This document shows positions 1 to 13,861 of a stretch of DNA of 64,000 nt, piece by piece. Below the pieces are notes generated by a model. It was given only the letters and a program-made list of their open reading frames with translations. It had not been told where the DNA came from and ran no database searches. The DNA is from Chrysomallon squamiferum (Eukaryota; Animalia; Mollusca), in assembly GCA_012295275.1 (NCBI GenBank), contig CM022668.1, positions 15,810,001 through 15,874,000 of the forward strand. Direction: 5' to 3'. How positions within the stretch are numbered: position 1 is the stretch's first letter; each line of letters begins with the position of its first letter. Both the position numbers and the translations under genes were made by a program.

Positions 1-220
1 ATATAATTGTATCTTTATTTTTCACTCGCTTTCTCTTATCCTTACACACAAAATCTCACACAACGACAAATGCAAAATATATTTTTTTCTTCTTCTTCTT
101 TTTTTTTTCAAGAGAGATCTTTTACAAAAAACTGCACTTCCATGAATCACCGTGCACCCGACTAATTCTACCCCTTTAACCCGTACAATCACTCGTCAGT
201 TTGTTCTGTTTCCCATGTAG

Positions 221-350
221 GTGGGACACGACGTTTGTTTGGGGAAATACGGTATTGATTTTGCTCGTTAGAATTCAATGGTGTCAAACTGCAACTTGTC
301 CGCCCTATCATAGAAGCATAATTGACTGTTTTCACTCCGTGAACCCCAAG
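221..350 (+). other. Candidate internal exon (130 nt), coding status unknown
   Basis: Pyrimidine-rich acceptor TTTGTTCTGTTTCCCATGTAG|G at 220/221, branch-like CTAAT at ~162-166, consensus donor AAG|GTAAGT at 350/351. One frame is open (WDTTFVWGNTVLILLVRIQW...) but I do not recognise it. Confidence 0.45.
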
Positions 351-957
351 GTAAGTAACTGTTTACAATGAAGGCAAGGACTCCACAAAGAATTAAATAT
401 GAATGTCGAGTCGGTTCTAACAAACAGCAGAATGCACGAAATCGCCAGGCACTCTGACATGTTTGGTTTCGTACACGTCACGTATGGGACACACAGACGC
501 ACAGACGAAAAGTAATAATTTATGAGCCAGCAACAAAAAGGTTACAAAGATGCTCTTTTTATAAATGCGAATATTTTCCCATGCTGTCTGATGAGTCGAC
601 GGTGGTAAATATGTACAATTATACAATTACCGAAGTGAATGGTTTCTGAATCCGGTCCGGAAGGGTTGTCAGTTCAAGGGGGTGGTGGGTAGAGACTGGT
701 GGGGTCACATTAACTAAGAAACACACCCGCGACTGGCCCTTCAAGCAAATTTTCGCGTGTTCATGTTTAACTTAATGGCTGAAACAGACACACAGACACA
801 CAGACACACAGACGTACGTTCCTGACACAGGTTCTAATGACGACACAATTCGCCACGTTAACCAAACTGAGTCGTTTTCTTTTCTTTTTCGGATTTTCCA
901 GTTCATTATACATGCTTAATTTTAAGCCATAAATTTATCATAAAAAAAAAAAAAAAT

Positions 958-1216
958 TGTACAAGTATGCCTTTCGTGGGTAAACAAGCTTTGACTTCAC
1001 AAGAAAGCGCTTCAAACGCGTGTTTTTCTTTCATACAAGTTTTACACGTTAAAACTCCGAACAAACGTTTCTAAAGTAACAAAACTGTACAAGTACGCCT
1101 TTCGTGGGTAAACAGCCTTTGACGTCACATCCAAAGCGCTTCAAACGCGTGTTTTTCTTTCATACAAGTTTTACACGTTAAAACTCTGGACAGACGTTTC
1201 TGAAGTAACAAAACTG
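958..1216. repeat. Tandem duplication, 128-bp unit x2
   Basis: TGTACAAGTAYGCCTTTCGTGGGTAAAC...AAGTAACAAAAC starts at 958 and again at 1086. Confidence 0.9.
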
Positions 1217-1457
1217 GAAAGTAAGTTCATGACTTTAACTGGACAGCAACAATTTCCTGTATTCTGGACAATTATTAATTGCTTGACCGCTGGCACACGG
1301 AAAGAAAACACAGATCAACAGAAAGAAAGTGAAGACAAAGCAGACGACAGCAAGGAGAAGCAAATCTGTGACGACAACAGTTACAACAACAGTAACAACA
1401 ACAGTAACGATAAAAACAACAACAAAAACGTTTCAAAGAAAACAAAAAAATACATTT

Positions 1458-1539
1458 CGCTGCGAGCAGGGTTCGAACCTGCGCGGGAAGATCCCATTGG
1501 ATTTCAAGTCCAACGCCTTAACCACTCGGCCATCACAGC
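1458..1539 (-). tRNA. tRNA-Ser (anticodon UGA)
   Basis: Reverse complement reads GCTGTGATGGCCGAGTGGTTAAGGCGTTGGACTTGAAATCCAATGGGATCTTCCCGCGCAGGTTCGAACCCTGCTCGCAGCG: 82 nt, A and B boxes, long variable arm, G discriminator, T-run terminator downstream. Confidence 0.97.
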
Positions 1540-2657
1540 TGTTGTGTTAGATATATTTTTTTATTTGATAACTAAACCTTTTTACAAAAACTATACCACT
1601 AATAAATAAATATAATAGTAGCAGTAGTAGTAGTAATAAAAGTATTTATAGAAACAGTAGAAGTATAAGAAGGGGAAGTAAACAAGAAATAGAAGATGCT
1701 GATGTTTTATCAATAATTATTGTTAGTTTGGTTGTTTGTTTTTTTTTTTGTTGTTGCTGCTGTTGTTACTGCAACTGTTATTGTTGTTGCTCATGATGTT
1801 GTTGTTGTCATCATCATAACATCATCATCCTACTCATCACTACGAATTTGGTTTCAGCAAGGATTCCAACAGAAGTAATCTTCTGCTTAAAATAAAATAA
1901 AAAAAAAAAAAAAAAAAAAATGAAGTAATCTTTCCATAAGAGTTTTCTCTTCACCAGAAATGTTTCTGATCCGTCCTATGATCAAATAAAAAATAAAAAA
2001 TAAAAACTGGCTGACAAGTCGAATTGGCGTCAAATTCTGTGACGCAGATTACACAGTGTACAACATTAACCGCCAGCCGCTCAATGCGCGCGCACAAAAA
2101 AAAAATAACTAGACACGGGACGTCACCGGAGCGTGGAGACCCCCCATTGTGCGCGCGCAGTCGGGCGGAACGGCTACGAGCTTCGTTCATTGAAAATACA
2201 TGGAGCTTGTCTGACACGAACAAATATACTCGAACTAATGCCCAATAATCACCCATAATGCTTTAAATTAGGTTGGCGAGGGACTGAATTAAAGATCGGG
2301 GATGTGAGAGGTCTGCTTCGTATTGGTTCGGCTCCCTGTATTTTTTTTTTTTTTGACAGCGGTGCAAAGGGAAAAAGAGAGCCGAGCTGTGATTGGGTAA
2401 TCGTGAATCGTCTGTTGATGGGGTTTCGGACCCCCTGTCGAGGTGGTGGAGGACTCACATCTGTATGTACGGGCTCAGCTCCCCACTTCGTGGCTGTTAA
2501 TGAGGTCAAGGGGTAATTAGAGCCAGAGTTTTTCTTGAGACGTGGAAAATACTTTAAACAGATTTAAACTGTGAAAAATGTCTCACGAAACTTTCGGTAT
2601 TAAATTCGAGGGTTTTTTGGGGGTTTGTTAATTTTTTTATTTTTTATTTGATTGTCC

Positions 2658-2660
<3 letters not shown>

Positions 2661-2731
<71 letters not shown>
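2661..2731. repeat. (CT)n microsatellite; further (CT/AG)n tracts at ~3577-3629, 4941-5026, 22419-22484, 23327-23352, 24229-24306, 24932-25015, 48866-48921
   Basis: Seen directly. Confidence 0.95.
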
Positions 2732-2735
<4 letters not shown>

Positions 2736-3571
2736 CACTTATAAGCGTATTTTTTGTATTTAATTATAGAGACATAATTATATCACTGCTAATAAATTTC
2801 AAAGGATGATCCTCAAGAAATTTAATGAAAAAGAACAATAATAAATTAAAACGAAATTTAAAGTACAAATGATGATGATGATGATGATAATAATAATAAT
2901 AATAATAATAATAAAATAATAATATTTCAATAAAAATGAACAGATTTTAATTACGTAACAAGTATACGGTCGTTTAAACAAAACTAATATTTCTGTAGCG
3001 TGAATTCTTTACTTTATTCCACGCATATCACATGTATACAATTACGTAGCTCATAATATGAATCAGATGACGGGGACGAGATGCATAATCTTCTGGTTAC
3101 CATAGATATATTTTAGCCCCTCCCACTTCAGCAGACAGAGGACAAGAGGGCGTCACCCGAATGAACTGACAAACTTGATTGACGTTGATTGTTTTGTTTT
3201 TGTGTTTGTATATATTTTTTTAATTTAAGATAGGTTTTCGTTGCTGTTGTCGTTGTCATTCTTGTTTGTTTTGTCAGTTTCTTTGATGCTTTGCTGCATA
3301 ATTTTGTTAATGTTTTACACAGATATATATACACACGCAAACACACACACACACAAACATAAAATAACGAAAATACTTAAATTTATAATCCTATATAAAT
3401 TTTCATTATTATTTTCATGATATTTGAAAACTGAATCAGTCCGTATTTTCTCCTTTCACTAACATAATAATAATAATAATTATTATTATTATTATTATTA
3501 TTATAATAATGTTTTAAATATATGTCTGTTATACTGTTTAATAATAATGTATTACTGCTACAACTTTTAAT

Positions 3572-3648
<77 letters not shown>

Positions 3649-3891
3649 CTATCTATATAAATATTTCCGTATTTATATCTCATCATCATCATTATTATTA
3701 TCGCTTTTTTGTCTAATAAATTATATCTATCACATTTTTAATTTTATACCAGCACGTTTCTAAACAAATAATTCAAATAACTGAAGCAATCACAGCATTA
3801 TATACTTCAATTATTGATGAAATGAAATAACTGAACATGCTTGTATATATATGTAACTAATAACAGTAGCAAAAAACCAAAAATAAACAAT

Positions 3892-3935
<44 letters not shown>

Positions 3936-4019
3936 AATAATAATAATAATAATAATAATAAACATTACAATAATAATAATAATAATCATAATAATTTTAA
4001 CAATAATAACAATAATAAC

Positions 4020-4056
<37 letters not shown>

Positions 4057-4057
4057 G

Positions 4058-4096
<39 letters not shown>

Positions 4097-4133
4097 ATCT
4101 GCTTGACATCCATTAACCACGTTTTGGTCGATA

Positions 4134-4144
4134 CAAGATGGCGG
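4134..4144 (+). promoter_or_regulatory. YY1/Pho consensus site
   Basis: CAAGATGGCGG, 11 of 12 positions of the YY1 consensus CAAGATGGCGGC, at the edge of a CpG-containing island. Confidence 0.5.
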
Positions 4145-4460
4145 TGGTTGAGAGCAGACGACAGCTACAGTTTGAGTCGGATCAATGAGTGTTTGAGTAA
4201 TTTCTAGTCATTACGTAGAAATACCATTGATCTACAAAGAACAGTGTCTGTAACTATGTACAACATAATCCGTGCGTGACGTAGTTTAAGACTGGACCAA
4301 TTTTTTTTTATTATTATTTTTTTTATTTTATGTAAAAAATATCTACGTGTTTTAATTAATATTATCTTCTCTATCTGAATTTTGGAAAACCTATTATTTA
4401 GTGTGTAACTGAAAGTACTGAAAAATGTTTACCAAACAAAACGAATATTGAAACACAACA

Positions 4461-4542
4461 GCTGTGATGGCCGAGTGGTTAAGGCGTTGGACTTGAAATC
4501 CAATGGGATCTTCCCGCGTAGGTTCGAACCCTGCTCGCAGCG
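4461..4542 (+). tRNA. tRNA-Ser (anticodon UGA), T-stem variant
   Basis: Same 82-nt sequence except GCGTAGG for GCGCAGG (C-G to U-G in the T stem); followed by AATAATTTTATTTTT. Confidence 0.96.
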
Positions 4543-4937
4543 AATAATTTTATTTTTTATTTTTTTAAAATTATTATTCATTAATATTTGCAATTATAGA
4601 TTAATAATAAAAAAAAACCATTATTATTATTATTATTATATTCATTATCATCATTAATAATTCACGAATTTAATTCAGCGATTTCTCCCCCAGCTCGAAA
4701 ATTTACCCCTCCCTTGTTGCCGCTGTTTTCTACTTAGCGAAAGAGCAATGTGAACATTTTAAGTTTATTTTTCTCACTCTGTTTTAGCAAACAGCTGCAG
4801 GATTCCAAATAAAAAAAAAATTAGGAAACAATTTGGAAACACATTAATGCAATTACTGCTTGTTTGTTTGCTCGCTGGCATAATGCACATGTAGATAGCA
4901 GAAAGCTTTTAATGCAGTCCATATGTGTAACTGTTTC

Positions 4938-5031
<94 letters not shown>

Positions 5032-6533
5032 CCACTTCGGTTTTACGCGAAATAATTACATATTTAAATATATTCGTCCAATAAAAAGGATAGTTTAATT
5101 CTCTCATTTTTCGTTTCGTAAAAGAAATAAACATTTTTTTACATATATATATATATATACCGTTAGTATTTCATTCTTTTATTATTTTTTTCCTTAAATT
5201 TCATCTATTTTTTTTTCTTCTTCATTTTTTTTTTTCTGTTTCCCTGTTTTGTTTTGTTTCTCTCTTTTTTCTTCTTCTTCTTCTTTTTTTTATTTTTTAT
5301 TTTTTTTCTTTCCTGCTTATGAAGGTGAGAGTTTATTGTTGTACACTACAAAATACCGATCCTCTGCTTATTTCAAACCGAAATATCCACAACGGTAATA
5401 CCTTTAATCTCACCACAAGCTCCACATACACCGCTACTACACCTGTCACCTCGTACACTCCAGTTCCATCTTTTATTTTTTCAAGTATGTGCCTAATGAT
5501 ATACACTTCACGTGTCACGTATGGTTTCTGTTATTGTCAAGAACAACGCGCATGTCATTTCTAAACCCTCGTGTCCCTGTCTGGTCAGTTTTCTTCATTA
5601 GTCCGAGTCCAATTAGACTGACCATTAGCGACACGGATTTGTCATCTGTTTATATGCCTGGCGGGCCTTTCCACTTTTGGAGAAAATGGCGACCGAACGA
5701 ACATCCATTATCCGCGCTTTTTTGAAATCTGATTGCCTACGATGTGTCATATCCCACAAAGACCACTCGCTAACAAGCTTGTCACATCTGAAACTTCCAT
5801 TTGACCGTTTAAGGATAGTGTCTCGTTTCTAACACCATCACCCCCACCCCCACCTCTCTACCAGTCCGCCGACCACCGTCTGCCCCTTCAATTCGTATTA
5901 CAGCGTTTTTCCAAATCTGATTACGGTGACGCTGATGGTGGAGAATTAAGTTTCGTGTAGAAGAAACAGAAAGTCTCTGACGATTAGGTCTCGTCTCAGA
6001 TGTTAAAGCGTCTGTCAGACAGTCGCAAATGGAAACGACGGTAGATACGAGCGAAGATAATAATAGTTTAGAGCCCAGTAATGGCGGCGGCGGGTTCGAC
6101 AGCTTTTTTTTTTTTTTTTTTTTTTTGAAACGAGACGTGGGGGGTGTGGGGGGGTGTGGGGGTGTGGTGTGGAGGGAGGGGGGTGTCCTGTCATGTCGTC
6201 CTGTTTTACTGTGGTTTCTTTATTTTTGATTACGTCCTAAGAACGATAAAACAATAACAACACTAACAACAACGACTACAATAATAATAATAATAATAAT
6301 AACTACAACTTCAACAACAACAGCAATGACGATGATGATGATGATGATAATAATAATAATAACTACAACCTCAACAACAACAGCAAGAATAGTAATAATC
6401 TGATAACAACTACAACATCAACAACACAACAACAACAACAACAATAATATTAACTACAACTTCAACAACAACAGCAACAGCAAGAATAGTAACAATAATG
6501 ATAACAACAACTACAACAACAACAACAACAATA

Positions 6534-6584
<51 letters not shown>

Positions 6585-6871
6585 TAATAATAATAACGGT
6601 AATAAATTATGCACACGGTTCATATTCATACAGTGTTTAGTTTTCTCTTTATTTCGGGATAGATTATAGACGCCCTCAAACTTGGCTACTCACCAAATGT
6701 CAAGACAAGATGTATTAATTTTAAAATAAGTAACAACATTAACATAAGTAATTGTTTCTTCTTGTCTATCCGGCCGACTGTCTGTCTCCGAATTTAACTC
6801 TGTTTTATTTATTTGTTTATTGTTGTCATCGTTATCATTATTATCATTACCATTATTTATTTATTTATTTA

Positions 6872-6935
<64 letters not shown>

Positions 6936-8712
6936 TTACACAAACACATTCTTGATTTCTCATCACTGATCGTTCGGTTTTTTTTTCTCTTATTATTAAT
7001 GGAAATAACGTCTCGTTATCGTTACCAATGACAACATGTTGAATCACATCATTTGTATTAGTCACTGATTAAATACATCGGAAATGTGACATGACGGAAC
7101 GCGTCGTCCGCTTTACAGACCCCTCCCCCCACCACTCTCCCGTCCAGTTAACGTTATTACGTCATCGACCACCAGAACTCTGTCTAACGTCCAATCAAAC
7201 CAACGGAACGTCTTTGTTGACTATCCGTGGCGTCATACCCGGGTATTTTCCTAACGCTATTACGTCACGGCCATTGTTCGGCTGATGCCAAGTAATGATC
7301 ATCGATCTGTTGAATAACATGAGAACAAGAGCGATAGTCACGTAATTTTGCCATTCTAAACTTCGACATTTCCTCTGTCGGTTACCAAGGTTACCCGTCT
7401 TCGTGATTTTTTTTTTTTTTTTTTTTTTTATTTTTTTTCATTTAGATCGAAAGAGATCGTAGAGTTACGCATATATTTCTTAATATATTTTGGTCTTTTA
7501 TTTTATTTTATTTTATTTTATTATTATTTTATTTTTTTTTTTTTTTTTTTATTGTATTGTATTAATAAAAGGAAATGGTGGAGATATGTAATATCATAGA
7601 GAGAAATACTTCTGTATCGGTTTATTATTATTAGATTCGATCAACTACTACTACTACTACTGCTACTACTACTACTACTACTACTAATAATAATAATAAT
7701 AATAATTTAATGAAACGAAATCAATTTAAAAAAAAAAAAAAAAAATTTTATAGCAGATTTCCAATATCGATCCTGACCGAACCACTTTAATAATACGAAT
7801 AAAACCGAATACGAAACGTCAGTTTACTAGAGATGCCGAAACGACATCAAAAAGATTTGACACAAACTCTGTTATGTGGGGGGGGGCAAAAACCCTTCTG
7901 AAGTGACGACGACACGGGCAAAGCAGACGGACATGAAACAACTTCGGCGCAGTTTTCCACCGGGGGCGACGTCTTATCGATAAGTGAAGATTGGAATTTC
8001 TTCTAACAAGTTCCTTTGAACGCTGGTATCAGTGCCGTCTCTCATCTTGTGCAGGAATTGAGAATCTGCGAGTAAATGACAGTGCTCGGTCAGTCATCCT
8101 CATTTCGCGCGTCGTGTCAACTGGTGTTAATATGCACCACTCTCCAGTTATGTCCCTTTCCGAGGCGGTTAAAACACTCGCAGCTGTTGTTAATTCTAAC
8201 GAGCCACGGCGGAGATGAATTGATGTCGGCTTACATGATCGAAGTCAATATCAAACAGCTTCCGGGCTGGCCGAAAGCCCGCCAAGAACCGCAAGTTCGG
8301 ATTGGCTGAAAGCCGATTCTAGGAGAATTTCAATTACGTTTTTCTCCACAATAGCGAGGATAAGACAAGGCCTGTGTTAAGGAGTGAAATCGATAGAAGA
8401 GTTCATTAGTAGTTTTCTCTTTGAAAAATGGCTCGCCCACAGCGAAATACAATTCCGATATGAACTAATAATATGTGTCCGACGAGCTACACGATCTTTT
8501 ACGTTCGATTAACTTAAAGTTTCGTGCGATTGATCAAAATGAAATAATTACATGTCTGTGGCACATTCCGAAACGAAGACCTTGAAGTTTTGCCGCTGAC
8601 GTATTACTGTTTACTTGGCTTTGTTTGAACGAAAATTTGGTTAAATCCCGATATTTGTGCTGCTGGTTTTAAAAGTTATATCGAGAGCATTCCTTCTTTT
8701 AAATATACCCGT

Positions 8713-8930
8713 ACATACATACATACATACATACATACATACATACATACAGACAGACAGACAGACAGACAGCGAGACAGACAGACACACATACATACAT
8801 ACATACATGCATATATACATACATACATACATAAATACAGACATACAGATATAAATACATACATACAGACAGACAAACAGACAGACAGACATACATACAT
8901 ACATACATACATACATACATACATACACAT
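8713..8930. repeat. (ACAT)n/(ACAG)n compound microsatellite; similar tracts at ~10580-10840, 16636-16950 (complement), 17170-17550, 55160-55590 (complement)
   Basis: Seen directly; source of the MYVC/HTYI ORFs. Confidence 0.95.
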
Positions 8931-9215
8931 ATAAACATAATACATATAGAGACCATGATATACAAACATAAATAAAGATATATAATACATACATTCAAAT
9001 ACATTCATAAATACGTATAAAACGAATACATATATATCTAATCATTTTCTAAACGAATTATTATATTCGACCAAGATGATGAAATAAATAAAGATGATAT
9101 ATACTAAAACATTCAAATGCAAACCGAAAAAAAAAAAAAAAAAATAATCATTTTTAATGATTTATTATATTTATTTGATGATAATGATGAGAACCAGAAG
9201 ATGGGACATTTATTT

Positions 9216-9252
<37 letters not shown>

Positions 9253-10172
9253 AAATTAATCACTCAGTACCAAAACACATCATTAGATGAATCAAAATTA
9301 CGGGCGTTTTGCAAAACTGAAAAATGATTTATATTTGTATTTCGTTTTATAGTTGTGTTGATCTTTTAAATTTTTATTTTTTTTTATCACGTTAATGAGA
9401 AGGTTATTATATGCGTGTGCATTCATGTAACTGGATGTCTGCTTGTGTATTTGTGTGTGAGTAATGAATGTGCACGTGTTTATGTATCTGTTTTAACATT
9501 AAAAAATAACAGGTTATTACGAATGTTTTGTTATAATTATCAGACTTTAATTTTCAAAATTCTTTACTCTGCTGTCATTACAAAATGATTTACTTGTTAT
9601 TTTCAAGGTGATTTTTTACATAAAGAAAATACGAAAATAATTTATTTCATTTTTTTTAATTTTTATTTTTTTATTTTTTTTTTACTTATTGTTAACAAGT
9701 CAATAATAAATTCTTAAACGATCAGTCCACGTTTTCCACACCGAGACTCGCGAACCATTGCAGCGGGCTCGCGCGAAGGGAGGCAACTCTGAGCGAACAT
9801 TATTTAACGTCAATACACCTAAACGTCACTGAGATACGAAAGAGCTCGAAAAAGGCCGGTAATTACGTAGCTTGGCGAGCGCGGACTATCGAGCTGTACA
9901 AAAGACTGTTAGAATAGATAATTGTGAAATTAATTAGCGAGGCTGAACGGGTTTCCCCACTGCACACCGCGTCCTGAAAAGACGCAGGAAGTGGGCCGGT
10001 GAATCAGCGGCCATTACGAGACCGATTCCTTGAACGTTGCTATGCGCTTGCATTGCGAGAGAGAGAGAGAGAGAGACTCGTACGGCAGAAATTAGTTTGA
10101 TTACCAATCGAATCACCCTGGCTGATGAAACGCGCAGACGTGGGTAAAAGAAGAATTTTTTGATTTTTTTTT

Positions 10173-10209
<37 letters not shown>

Positions 10210-10762
10210 GATGTTAAATCGATTAAAACCTGTCAGATATTTTCAGTAATGCTTTTATTTTGTCCTTTTGAGAATGTTTCCTTTTGTGTGTCGAGATTGT
10301 GTTGCTTTCTCTTTCTTGTTTTTAATCATCTTCGCGTTTTTGTCTGCGACCAATAAATTATGACAGTTTCGTTTTTGTTGTTGGTTGTTTTTTTTAACAA
10401 CGTTTTTTTTGTTTTTTTTAACCGCTTTATTTATTTGTATTTATGAATTTAATTTCAGAATAATTTATTTATGTATTTATCTTTTAAAACTACTTTAAAC
10501 AATGATTATATAGCAAGTGGGGTCTCATATATTTTGAATAATCTCATTTGTCTCTTATTTAATTTTATAGATATTAAAAATATACACACATATTTACGAA
10601 CCTATATACATACATACATACCCAAACAAGTACATGCATACATATTTACAAAAACATACATATATTCATTCATACATAAATACATAGACTCATGCACAAA
10701 CACATACATACATACATACATATACATACATACATACATACATACATACATACATACATACA

Positions 10763-10794
<32 letters not shown>

Positions 10795-11132
10795 CATACA
10801 TATACATACATACAGACATTCATTCATACATACAAGATATATATAATTTTGTAAAATAATTTGGAGTGTATGTAGATATATACAGAGACTGCTCAATGAA
10901 CATGCAGCCCAAAATAAACAGACACAGACCCAGACAAACGTACACTCTAAGACCTTCATAATTTCCTTTTTACAACTACAACTGAAAAACACTTTTTTTT
11001 ATTAAAAGCAGACGATACACACACACACACACCCCATTTGCACCGAAGACGACCACGCCCATTTTAACCACACTTCATCAAAATAATTATTTCAAAAAAA
11101 AAAAAAAAAAATCATAATAAATAACACCACAC

Positions 11133-11192
11133 CACGCGTAACTCGAACCACGTGGTCACGTGATCAAAGCGGAGCGCGCGCGCGCGCGCGCG
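11133..11192. promoter_or_regulatory. Tandem E-boxes plus (CG)n tract
   Basis: CACGCG 11133-11138, CACGTG 11149-11154 and 11157-11162, alternating GC 11174-11192. Confidence 0.5.
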
Positions 11193-11967
11193 TTTCCGTG
11201 ATCGTTCTCATTTGCAATGCGGACGACTCGTAGATCGTAGATCGTGTCGTTCATCAAGAAAAGCAATTGGAGTCTTAATTCGAAATGCCACAAGACACCA
11301 AATATATTCACGAGCTGGGATTGTAAACTTCGCCGATTGCTCTCCGCATCCGACGTTAGTGGCCGTTGTTCACGTAAACCACACCGTGCCCGGTTGTCCT
11401 AATTATTTACAGCCGACGCGTCTGGATTTTCTGAGACACGAAATGTCCAGAAATAAATAGAGAGCAGTCGAGGTTTTGGTTCTTCAAGTCCATTGATGTA
11501 CAGTGTAATTATAACGGATTCACTGTCTGACGTTTTTTTTTTTTTTTTTTTTTTTTAGACTTCCCCATCAGTTCAACTTTGACCTCTAATCCGTGGTTAA
11601 TGGATCGGGAGTCGTCGATTCGTTCCGCTACTCTCCGCCATTATTCTTTTTTTTAATTATTATTATTAAACTAACTACATCCGGATCAAAGGTCAAGATG
11701 TGAATCCAAATACAGCTGTCAACCAGTATTTGTTCTCGAGTTTTTAATAATCGCTCGAAGAGATTAATTTTCGTTTCTCGGATTTATGACCTTGTATTAA
11801 ATGTCTATGTAAGTCTGGTATCTTTATACGAAGGCGTATATGTGTATTATATATATATATATATAAAAATGGTTATTTATAAAATAATAGTGTGAATAGA
11901 GGAAAGCACTGAACCTTAACTGAAGTCATCTGCACCTTTTTAAATACTATACCTAACTGTACAAAAG

Positions 11968-12047
<80 letters not shown>

Positions 12048-12352
12048 TGCTGTTGTTGTTATTATTAAATTAGATGGCATTATTTTATTTAATAAAATAA
12101 ACAGAAAACAGTTTAATATGACCATTATCATCATCATAATTGTTATCAAAAAATAAAAAAATAATAATAAAAATTAAAAAAATTGAAAAAAAAATGGATG
12201 CGGAACTGTTATGCTGCAATAAAACATCTGGTCTATCCACTTTTGTTTTTATTTTTAAGTCATAACTGCAAAATTTCATCATTGACTGAGCTCACACCCT
12301 TTTTGTACTCTTTTTTTTTCTTTTTTTTTCTTTCTAAATCTATTTATTTATT

Positions 12353-12417
<65 letters not shown>

Positions 12418-12802
12418 TCTGTAAATTCACTGACGCTGAAATACGTACCAGTCCGCCGCGAAAAACAATACCGGAAGTCGGCTGTCGGAAATGACAAGAT
12501 AATTCCTGAATTTCGCGCGTTCCGAGCGCCGTCTGCAAGACTAAATCTCCGTAATTCGAGGGGATTAACAGCAGAGAGTGGAGTCACTCCCGCGCGTGCG
12601 CTAACTAGTCCCAGAGGTTCACGAATCGCTGCATATCAGGGCGCTGAAGAGTTAGTGTCTTCTCTCATCACAGACTTAGCGCCTCGTCACAGTAATACGG
12701 ATTAATGTATTCATGCGCGGTCTAGGAATAATGCGTATCGCCTTTTTGAAAGTGTTCTTAGAAAGTCTGTCTGAGTATTTATTTGCTGGTTACTTTTATT
12801 TT

Positions 12803-12840
<38 letters not shown>

Positions 12841-13440
12841 TTTTTTTTTTATTATTTTTTTTTTTTATTTTATTTTTTTTTTTTTTTTTTTTTTATTATT
12901 ATTTATTTATTTTACTTTTTTTAATTTTTTTATTATATTATATTATTTATTTATTTATTATTTTATTTTATTTTATTTATTTATTTATTAAATGGTAACC
13001 AATATCTAAAAAGTGAGATTTTTAAAAAGAAAGAAAGAAAGAAACAATAATCATATCGATATCATATTTATTAAACAGATTTATGATGCTTGTTACATTA
13101 TTATTTTTTCTTTTTATCTTTATTTTATCTTTTATCAAAATTGTATATTTATCGTTGACATGAAATGCTTATTTCATTGACAGAACGGTTAAAGAAAGTT
13201 TTTAAACTTCGGCAACAGAGACAAAGCAAAAAGCAAAATTACCAATATGATGACTTCCATTAACTTGTTTTTAGCTAAATTAATTTATTAATTCCTTTTA
13301 TTTCTTAGGATTAAAAACAATAACTGGAATTAATATTTTGAATATGTAAAAATACCTGAACTACTGACAGTAAATCTATAGTTGTAGTGTATAATCTGTA
13401 GATGTTGTTATCACTACAATATATAAAATATAACACAACA

Positions 13441-13522
13441 GCTGTGATGGCCGAGTGGTTAAGGCGTTGGACTTGAAATCCAATGGGATCTTCCCGCGCA
13501 GGTTCGAACCCTGCTCGCAGCG
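13441..13522 (+). tRNA. tRNA-Ser (anticodon UGA)
   Basis: Identical to the copy at 1458-1539; followed by AATAA and a long T-run. Confidence 0.97.
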
Positions 13523-13605
13523 AATAATTTTTTTTTTCTTTTCTTTCTTTCTTCATTAATTAATAAAATAACAATAATGATATGTAATAATAATAATAAT
13601 AATAA

Positions 13606-13636
<31 letters not shown>

Positions 13637-13861
13637 AAAAATAATGATAATAACAATAAAAGCAATAATAAAAGGTAATAATAATTTCAAAAGGTTAATA
13701 TAAATTAATGTATTACTAAATCGACAAAACAATAATCATTTATTTTTATTTAAAAAAAAACCCCACTGGTTCCTATAATGATTGAATTACGTTTATCATC
13801 GAAAACAGTTTTAAATTGAGCTGTTGATCAAACTAAAACAGAACGTGCAATAATTATAACA

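Noticed and set aside
1229-1609. 126-aa ORF (and 13311-13556, 4448-4657)
   Set aside because: Read-through of the tRNA gene or its antisense plus simple repeats.
4138-4188. ATGGCG start in good context (MAVVESRRQLQFESDQ*)
   Set aside because: Stops after 16 codons with no convincing donor; better explained as a YY1 motif.
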